Origin: an uncultured Cellvibrionaceae bacterium
Lineage (GTDB): Bacteria; Pseudomonadota; Gammaproteobacteria; Pseudomonadales; Cellvibrionaceae
Assembly (NCBI GenBank): GCA_964451365.1
Contig: CAYVIB010000030.1
Location: 4,789 to 68,788 of the forward strand
DNA: 64,000 nt
Direction of reading: 5' to 3'
The position numbers and the translations under genes are program-made. The notes below the pieces were generated by a model. It worked only from the letters and a program-made list of their open reading frames with translations. It was not told the origin of the DNA and did no database searches. Of this stretch, positions 57,954-64,000 are shown one piece after another. Position 1 is the first letter of the stretch, and every line of letters starts with the position of its first letter.

Positions 57954-58645
57954 TAAGCGGACCTCCGCATAAGAAGATGATGATATGCCTTCAATATATC
58001 TTTAGGATTATAGTCTGCTTTTTTTCGTAAAAACTCGCCGATGTCATGCAATCCTGCTACAGTAGGCGATTCATCATCTGGATAATCTTGAATATATAAG
58101 CTTTTACTTGCGCGTTTTAGCGCTTGTTGATAACTAAGATCTAGCTCAAGAACTTTATCAAGCGTTTCGTTATTAGAGTGCAACGAGTTTTTGTCACTGA
58201 CTGTAGTATCCATTAGCGACGATATCCCCAAGCATAGATCAAGTAAAAAGCCGTATAATTTTTTCCCTGGGAGAGATTCGCGCAGTATTTGTGAAGCTGC
58301 CAGCCCATTCTTAGTGAGCTTAAACTCAGCCTCAAACTGAAGCGATTTAGATTTAATGTGCCCTTTATAATTCACTATTTCTACCAATCCAGAAAGCGCC
58401 AAGTTCCCAATTGCAATGTGCGCGGCACGATAGTATGGTCCATAAGATGTCCTTTGGGCTCTTTGTCTCAACGGTAAAATCCCGTAATATGGCGCGCTGG
58501 CAAACGATATGAATAGCAGCAGATGTAGTCTCTGACGATTTAATAGTTCAATTCCAGCCGCATTCGCCGCATTAACTATAAATAAAACCCATCTTATAAA
58601 TTGTAGAGATTCAAAATCACTTTTTGGAAGAAACTTTTTAGCCAT
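57953..58645 (-). CDS. Hypothetical protein, positional equivalent of an ABC-3C/Lamassu middle component
   Basis: 230 aa with no motif I recognise. It is translationally coupled on both sides (8-nt overlap upstream, 1-nt overlap downstream). The functional label rests on position only. Confidence 0.45.
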   Translation of the reverse strand: MAKKFLPKSDFESLQFIRWVLFIVNAANAAGIELLNRQRLHLLLFISFASAPYYGILPLRQRAQRTSYGPYYRAAHIAIGNLALSGLVEIVNYKGHIKSKSLQFEAEFKLTKNGLAASQILRESLPGKKLYGFLLDLCLGISSLMDTTVSDKNSLHSNNETLDKVLELDLSYQQALKRASKSLYIQDYPDDESPTVAGLHDIGEFLRKKADYNPKDILKAYHHLLMRRSA

Positions 58646-60641
58646 GCATATATCCTTCTATTTCATCAAACAACATGTCCTTTGCTTCTTTTCTGTTAAG
58701 AACTTTTGCTTGCGCTGTAAGCTTCATAAGATTAACGATATGCGGATCATCCTTACTTAATGTTCTATATATTTCTCCTTGATCGTTTATTAATCCAAGA
58801 AGGGCTGGAATCATTATGGTTCCGTTGAGATTTGATGTTGCAATCAGTTTCCGGCTTTGCCCTGCACCTTCGGGTGCAAAGGTTCTCATCAGAGTAGCTG
58901 CGCGTCGCATAAACCAGCTATCTAGACTGGCTTCCGGAGTTTCTACAATCATCATACAAGCACCACCGTCACTAATTAGGTCGAGCATTGTCATCCGAAA
59001 AGCTAGATCAAGAAATTCCTTTTGCGATTCAGAAACGCTATCTGGGGTTAATCGCTTTTGAATAGTTTTGTAAGTGTTTGAAGTCATTCCCACGTTAAAT
59101 GTGGGAATATTAACTTTGCCGGCCCCAGTTGCCAGTTTGAAAGGTGTTTTTCGGTCGAACGTGATTTCTACAGACTCTTGTAGAAACTCTTCAGCATAGT
59201 GCGACATTCGGTTTCGAATACTCTCCTTCTTCTTATCCATAGCCTCTTGCGCTTTGGTCATAAGCGTTCTATATCGCTCAGTTAGCATCTTTCTGTCCGC
59301 ATCCAATTTCCGGAGAGCGGCCTCCTCTCTATCAACTTCTGCTCTGAGTAGTGACTGGTCCGATAACCCCTCGGAGGGACGTTGCGATCTCAGCTTATCT
59401 AAATCGTAGAATATTCTAATTCTTTTTTCTGCTAAACCATTCAGTGCTTCACTTGATGCCCCGAGGCTGTCCTGGTTACTTTTAATCTTAACTTTCAAGT
59501 CAGCTATAGCTTGCTCGATATCCTTAATTTCTTGATAAAGCTTACTGACTTTAGATGCCGTTATGGGAGTCACCTTAGCATTCTTGGTTAAGTTTGAATT
59601 ACAAACAAAACACTTGCCCTTTCGAATGGATTTCCCTATTTCTGAAAACTCCTTCTTGCCGCGATTTCCACATACAAAGCATCCTACTCTTGAGCCCAAC
59701 CCTTGCATGAGGAATCGCAGCTTATCATCGAGCCCTGGAAGCGCTTGAGAGATGTAAGCTGCATCATCATGAGCAAACTGCTCTTCAAGGCTTGCTAGCT
59801 CTACTTCGGCTTCAGAAAGTTGATTTCCATATTCAACAGCTTCTCTTTGAAGGGCATGGAACTTGTCATACTCTAGGAGATATAAATGATTGGCTTCTTC
59901 ATATGTGGCCTCGGCTTCTTTGGTGAGTCGATCAAGCGTAGCAACCTCTATGTCATCCGCACTCTGTGGTTTTAGCCGCTCTTGTCGTTGCGTCTGCTGA
60001 TTTCTTCTGTTCCGGTAGTCTGTATCAGTGCGCTGAATAGAGGCAAAAGTTGCACTAAGCTCTTCAGCCAGGGATTCATCAAAAAACAACATTTTAAAAA
60101 ATTCGAATTGGGTTCCTGGTGTCCATAGGATGGGCAACCTTTCCTCAGTAAAAAACTGGAGATACCGCACAACCATGTGAAAGTCGTAAGGAGATGCTAG
60201 ACCTGACAGGTTTGCAAAGTTCTCAATTATTTCAACTTCACTACCAAATCGTATCTTCCGACCGTTGATGCTAACCGAAGTTGCCTTCAGCGATGCGAGA
60301 ATCCGTGTAACTGAAACAGTGTTGCGGCCAACTGTGAATTTCAAGGTGGCCGTAGAGCTGCTATCAATTTTTGGAACTCGTTTTGCAAAATAATCAAATT
60401 TTTTTGGCTCCACGAGTTCTCGCTTGCTCACTCGACTTATTTCAGCAGCAGCTTTTGGGCTGCTAGGTCCCAATAAAAGCCTCATAAGTAGATTTAGCAA
60501 AGTGGTTTTTCCGACCCCATTGATTCCGGCAAGAACGGTTACGCCATCCTGAAAATTGATCGTTAAACTGTTGCCATTAGTCCCCGGATATAACGAATAG
60601 TTTCTTATTGTTATCTGCTCTATAACCGGTAAGGAAATCAT
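58638..60641 (-). CDS. SMC/Rad50-like ABC ATPase with long coiled-coil insert and CxxC..CxxC element
   Basis: 667 aa with Walker A GINGVGKTT (about 60503-60530) and about 400 aa of charged heptad-like sequence. That sequence contains GCFVCGN-x17-KCFVCNS (59598-59684). C-terminal SESQKEF (signature-like) and MMIVETPEASLD (Walker B/D-loop) complete the head. An AAGGGGG RBS is present. Confidence 0.75.
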   Translation of the reverse strand: MISLPVIEQITIRNYSLYPGTNGNSLTINFQDGVTVLAGINGVGKTTLLNLLMRLLLGPSSPKAAAEISRVSKRELVEPKKFDYFAKRVPKIDSSSTATLKFTVGRNTVSVTRILASLKATSVSINGRKIRFGSEVEIIENFANLSGLASPYDFHMVVRYLQFFTEERLPILWTPGTQFEFFKMLFFDESLAEELSATFASIQRTDTDYRNRRNQQTQRQERLKPQSADDIEVATLDRLTKEAEATYEEANHLYLLEYDKFHALQREAVEYGNQLSEAEVELASLEEQFAHDDAAYISQALPGLDDKLRFLMQGLGSRVGCFVCGNRGKKEFSEIGKSIRKGKCFVCNSNLTKNAKVTPITASKVSKLYQEIKDIEQAIADLKVKIKSNQDSLGASSEALNGLAEKRIRIFYDLDKLRSQRPSEGLSDQSLLRAEVDREEAALRKLDADRKMLTERYRTLMTKAQEAMDKKKESIRNRMSHYAEEFLQESVEITFDRKTPFKLATGAGKVNIPTFNVGMTSNTYKTIQKRLTPDSVSESQKEFLDLAFRMTMLDLISDGGACMMIVETPEASLDSWFMRRAATLMRTFAPEGAGQSRKLIATSNLNGTIMIPALLGLINDQGEIYRTLSKDDPHIVNLMKLTAQAKVLNRKEAKDMLFDEIEGYMHG

Positions 60642-60674
60642 TGCCAGCCCCCTTGGCCAAAGTGCCTATCGAGA

Positions 60675-61025
60675 TTAAATTTTTCTGCTTTTTATTTTTT
60701 TTAATAGCCGTAAAGCTTCTACCAAGAAGTCTGCATCCTCCTGGGTTCCTTCCCAAACCTCAGCAAGCATGCCCTCCAGTTTTCGCTCTCTACGTTGTTG
60801 CTTTATCTCTCCGTCTTCAATCATTTTATTAAAGGAAATCTTTGCATCTCTACACATATCTCTAGCCGTCTTTGATCGACTTGTAAAGTTGCCAGCATAA
60901 ATACGCGCTATCCAGCTTTGCTTAACGCCGAATTTTTCGGCCACTTGAGCTTGACTTAAGTGTTTTCTTCTGAAATGGGCGGCCAGTTCACTGCCAATTT
61001 GCTTAGAAGTCAAACCTTGATTCAT
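60675..61025 (-). CDS. XRE-type helix-turn-helix protein (candidate controller)
   Basis: 116 aa. LSQAQVAEKFGVKQSWIARIYAG is a typical HTH. It ends 33 nt upstream of the ATPase and faces the methyltransferase gene. Confidence 0.7.
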   Translation of the reverse strand: MNQGLTSKQIGSELAAHFRRKHLSQAQVAEKFGVKQSWIARIYAGNFTSRSKTARDMCRDAKISFNKMIEDGEIKQQRRERKLEGMLAEVWEGTQEDADFLVEALRLLKKIKSRKI

Positions 61026-61116
61026 TTAAGCCTCATACGTATATATTGACTATAATATACGCATATGTATCATATGTAAAATTTTTATTCAATCGGATTG
61101 GGTGGGGAGTGGATTC
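61026..61116. promoter_or_regulatory. Divergent promoter/operator region between the HTH operon and the methyltransferase
   Basis: ATACGTAT palindrome (61035-61042). Inverted repeat CGTATAT (61038-61044) / ATATACG (61055-61061) encloses TTGACT and TATAAT. CATATG occurs twice (61062-61067 and 61071-61076). Confidence 0.5.
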
Positions 61117-62382
61117 ATGCAGACGGCTTTTGAGCGCTGGACACGCGGGAGACAGGTACATTCACTAGGAACTAACTTCGGAGCTGAACGGCTTCCATTC
61201 CAGTCATGGAGGCATTTTAAAGAGGCATTTGCTCCAGAGTTAATCGCAAGAGCTGTAAGCGAATCAAAGAGAAAAGTTAAACGTTGTATCGACCCTTTTG
61301 GGGGGTCTGGTACAACAGCTCTTGCTTGCCAATTTCTGGGTGTTAAACCAACTACGATAGAGGTTAATCCATATCTTGCCGATCTTATTGAAGCTAAGTT
61401 GACTCACTATGACTGTGTAGCATTAACCCAGGACTTTTCCTTCGTCTTAAGGAGCGCCAAGGCAGTGAGGAAACCCTTCCATTTAAGCCATTTGCCTGCC
61501 ACATTTGTAGAACCCGGCGTCAAAGGGCGTTGGGTGTTTCCTTATGAGGTGGCACAGCGTGTTGAGGCTTATAGAGTGGCTATATCGAAGCTGACGCAGC
61601 TTACTCATCAGCGTTTCTTTCGAGCATTACTGGGCGGGATAATAATTGACGCAAGCAATGTTTTTGTGAATGGAAAAGGACGTCGTTATCGGCAAAATTG
61701 GAAATGCCGACAGCAGTCCGCGAAGATAGTCGATGATTTATTCTGTGAGCGAGTTCAGCATGCATTATGTGAAATCGTTAGATATTCAAATCGGCCCGAG
61801 GAAGATTACCTCTTAATACATGGGGATGCACGGACAGCCTTAAAAAAGGCTCCTAAATCAGACTTGGCGGTGTTCTCACCACCCTATCCCAACTCCTTTG
61901 ACTATACAGACATATATAATGTTGAACTTTGGATGTTGGGTTATTTAGGTTCCTCTACGGATAATCAAGAATTACGCAGGTCAACACTTACCTCTCACGT
62001 GTCAATTAGCAGGGATTTTGGTCAAATGCCAGGAGGATCTCCAACATTAAAACGAATTTCAGATAAGCTCCACAGAGTAAAAACGGAATTATGGAATCCA
62101 TGGATACCATCCATGGTGGATGGCTATTTCGCGGATATGCTCCACGTTTTTTCTTGCTTGCAGAGTAATCTTAAGTCTAAGGGAGAAGTTTGGGCGGTGG
62201 TTGGGGATAGTTTGTATGCGGGTATCCATGTTCCTGTGGCAAAAATCCTAGGAGAGCTATGCGTGTTCAACGGATATGAGCTAGTTGGGATGGAATCGTT
62301 CAGGTCAATGCGAGCTTCAGCTCAGCAAGGTGGTAAACACAAACTCGAAGAGACTCTCATTGTTCTCCGGAAGAAGCTTTAG
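61117..62382 (+). CDS. DNA methyltransferase (amino-MTase, SPPY motif IV; N4-C or N6-A)
   Basis: Motif I is IDPFGGSGTTALACQFLG, followed about 190 aa later by motif IV AVFSPPYPNSFDY. I prefer ATG 61117 (GGGGAG upstream) over the GTG at 61102. Confidence 0.8.
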   Translation: MQTAFERWTRGRQVHSLGTNFGAERLPFQSWRHFKEAFAPELIARAVSESKRKVKRCIDPFGGSGTTALACQFLGVKPTTIEVNPYLADLIEAKLTHYDCVALTQDFSFVLRSAKAVRKPFHLSHLPATFVEPGVKGRWVFPYEVAQRVEAYRVAISKLTQLTHQRFFRALLGGIIIDASNVFVNGKGRRYRQNWKCRQQSAKIVDDLFCERVQHALCEIVRYSNRPEEDYLLIHGDARTALKKAPKSDLAVFSPPYPNSFDYTDIYNVELWMLGYLGSSTDNQELRRSTLTSHVSISRDFGQMPGGSPTLKRISDKLHRVKTELWNPWIPSMVDGYFADMLHVFSCLQSNLKSKGEVWAVVGDSLYAGIHVPVAKILGELCVFNGYELVGMESFRSMRASAQQGGKHKLEETLIVLRKKL

Positions 62383-62420
62383 GAGAGGCATGGGAAACAA
62401 CCTACATTGCGATCAAAAGC

Positions 62421-62774
62421 CTAGTTTGACATAGTGGACACACATACTGCTCTACAGACCCTGCGGTTTCGCCTTTTGGACACTCGGTGGTGTGTATATA
62501 TGTTACCGTCCGCACAATAATATGTTAATTGAAAAACGTCGTATTCATGTGTCACCTCTTCGTAAAGAGGGTTAGCAAGCGGGTATTCATGGAATAGTAT
62601 GTACAACAACTCTTGGCTATAAACTTCATACAATATTCTGCAAAAATTCTCTGAAAAGCCCAACTTTCCGAGCGTCTCCAGTGCTTCATAAAAATCATCA
62701 GGATCGCGACCGACGTTCTCAGGCGCGACAACCAAATCCAAACTAAGCACGTCAAACCCAATCTCAGCCGCCAT
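62421..62774 (-). CDS. Hypothetical protein (117 aa)
   Basis: ORF only, with no recognisable motif. It is acidic at the N-terminus and basic/Cys-containing at the C-terminus. Confidence 0.3.
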   Translation of the reverse strand: MAAEIGFDVLSLDLVVAPENVGRDPDDFYEALETLGKLGFSENFCRILYEVYSQELLYILFHEYPLANPLYEEVTHEYDVFQLTYYCADGNIYTHHRVSKRRNRRVCRAVCVSTMSN

Positions 62775-63002
62775 TCCACCCGCGAATTTCTTTGCAAACA
62801 GTCTATCACCTTCTGAAAGGTGAACAGGGCTTAGATAGCCAATTGGAGTTTTATCAATGATACATCATTCCATATTGCGCTATCGCCAACGCTAACCGAT
62901 TGATGAATTTAACAATTACGCCCAATAACGCTCGCAACACCGGGCAATTTGGAGCGCGGCGTAAAATTGATCCGTGTGCTTGCGTTTGTTATACAAAAAT
63001 CT

Positions 63003-63836
63003 CTACCGCCCTCTCTGTATACAGTCTTGAATGTACCTAAAAACGGTATACATCGCGTTAACAATGGCAGTTGCTTCGGGGACATCTAGCAAGTCATTCA
63101 CATGTGCTAGACTCGCCTTATTTCTAAGTGTAGAAAAGGCGTCAATTGAAGCGGCAAAAGAATTAAGGACTCTGGTAACTTCCTCAGCTCTATGACCCGA
63201 CGCTTGCAATGCCGGATGAAACTGTCGAAGTTGTTTGAACGCTTTGGATGCAGTGGGGTCGTTGGGTAGATCAATTTGGTTGTCGGTACAAACTTGCATC
63301 AAATATCCGTGAAGAGCAGTATGCGCACGATCAATTGCGCTTGAAGAGTCCACCGTGCCTATTAAAGCCTTCGCGTCTCCCAAAGCTCTCATCACCGAAG
63401 CCGAAATAGATTCACTAAATTCTGGCGCAGCAACACTGCCTGCTGTTTGAATTAGCCGACCATCAACAATTTGATAATGATCTTGATTCTTAAGCAGAAT
63501 CTGATTGATATGCTGTACCGTTGGTACAGTAGCGCCACTATGCTCCAGCTCCTCTAAAGCCTCATAAACAGCAGCTATAAAATTTGGAGCGTCCTCTGCT
63601 GCATTCTGAGCCTGGCTAAACATATCAGACTCGGCCCAGTCAAGCGAAGAGCTACGGGCGTAATAATCACCAGAAACTTTGCAAAAGTGCTGTTTAAATA
63701 CTTCAATTATCCGCTGTCTATTCATTGGCCCCGACACTCTTCTGATCAACAAAATAAAATCATCTACTGACTGATCACTGAGCGGTGTCGTTGCGCCCAT
63801 GGGAAACCTAAGTTCACTTGTCATTTGAAGCGGCAT
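63003..63836 (-). CDS. Abi_C / HEPN-domain abortive-infection-like protein
   Basis: 277 aa. The C-terminal STLRNKASLAH fits the HEPN Rx4-6H motif as it appears in Abi_C-type proteins (LRNK..aH). An upstream helix AIDRAHTALHGYL is present. Confidence 0.6.
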   Translation of the reverse strand: MPLQMTSELRFPMGATTPLSDQSVDDFILLIRRVSGPMNRQRIIEVFKQHFCKVSGDYYARSSSLDWAESDMFSQAQNAAEDAPNFIAAVYEALEELEHSGATVPTVQHINQILLKNQDHYQIVDGRLIQTAGSVAAPEFSESISASVMRALGDAKALIGTVDSSSAIDRAHTALHGYLMQVCTDNQIDLPNDPTASKAFKQLRQFHPALQASGHRAEEVTRVLNSFAASIDAFSTLRNKASLAHVNDLLDVPEATAIVNAMYTVFRYIQDCIQRGR

Positions 63837-64000
63837 TAATTGCTCCCCACTTTGTTAAACATTTAATTTAGCGACATCAAATGGCATCAATTTGATACAT
63901 TTACGACATCGGTACCAGCAACTACAAATGCTACTTGATAATCGTCGTCCAGCTTTTGCAAGGCGCTTTTATAACTTGCAAGATACGTGGAACTATCAGT

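Noticed and set aside
61102-61116. GTG start for the methyltransferase (ORF-track start)
   Set aside because: The ATG at 61117 is preceded by GGGGAG at suitable spacing. The GTG would place the RBS inside the coding region. The difference is only 5 codons and remains unproven.
62552-62809. 85-aa alternative ORF overlapping 62421..62774
   Set aside because: It is out of frame with the longer ORF, and its Cys/Trp/Arg-rich composition is typical of an off-frame translation.

Overview
This 64-kb window reads like a gammaproteobacterial-type chromosome segment: it has an E. coli-type CTGT-N8-ACAG SOS box in front of a yebG homologue, an RNase Z/BN gene and an ilvD fragment. It falls into three blocks. 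(1) 14-44,469 is a ~42-kb biosynthetic gene cluster, almost entirely one minus-strand operon with 1-4 nt gene overlaps. In transcription order it encodes a PvdQ-like Ntn acylase, a SyrD/PvdE-like ABC exporter and five NRPS proteins with nine modules: C-A-T / (C-A-T)x4 with one embedded methyltransferase / C-A-T / C-A-T / C-A-T-C-A-T-E-TE. Four of the NRPS proteins start with TubC-type docking domains. After the NRPS genes come a PaaK/CapK-like adenylate-forming enzyme, a SufS-type cysteine desulfurase, an HlyD adaptor and a MacB/DevA-type ABC ATPase. A GT1 glycosyltransferase is divergently transcribed. Hand-read A-domain codes give X-Ser-Thr-Cys-(Me)Thr-Cys-Ser-Ser-X. Two of the Ser A domains form a 1,675-bp, 100% identical direct repeat. 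(2) 44.6-56.3 kb holds ordinary mixed genes: DUF899, Cys-type sulfatase, a small secreted protein, RNase Z, a LytTR membrane regulator, a MATE-like transporter, a signal-peptide methyltransferase, SOS-box yebG, a GGDEF cyclase and a 3'-truncated ilvD pseudogene. (3) 56.5-64.0 kb is a visibly AT-richer defence island. It carries a tightly coupled operon of HTH + SMC/Rad50-like ABC ATPase with a CxxC..CxxC insert + small middle protein + PD-(D/E)xK protein (Lamassu/ABC-3C-like). This operon is laid out divergently from an SPPY DNA methyltransferase, exactly like a C-protein-controlled R-M system. A HEPN/Abi_C-type gene follows. I saw no rRNA, tRNA, CRISPR array or intact transposase. All calls come from reading motifs in the supplied translations and the DNA; no database search or computation beyond hand alignment was possible.
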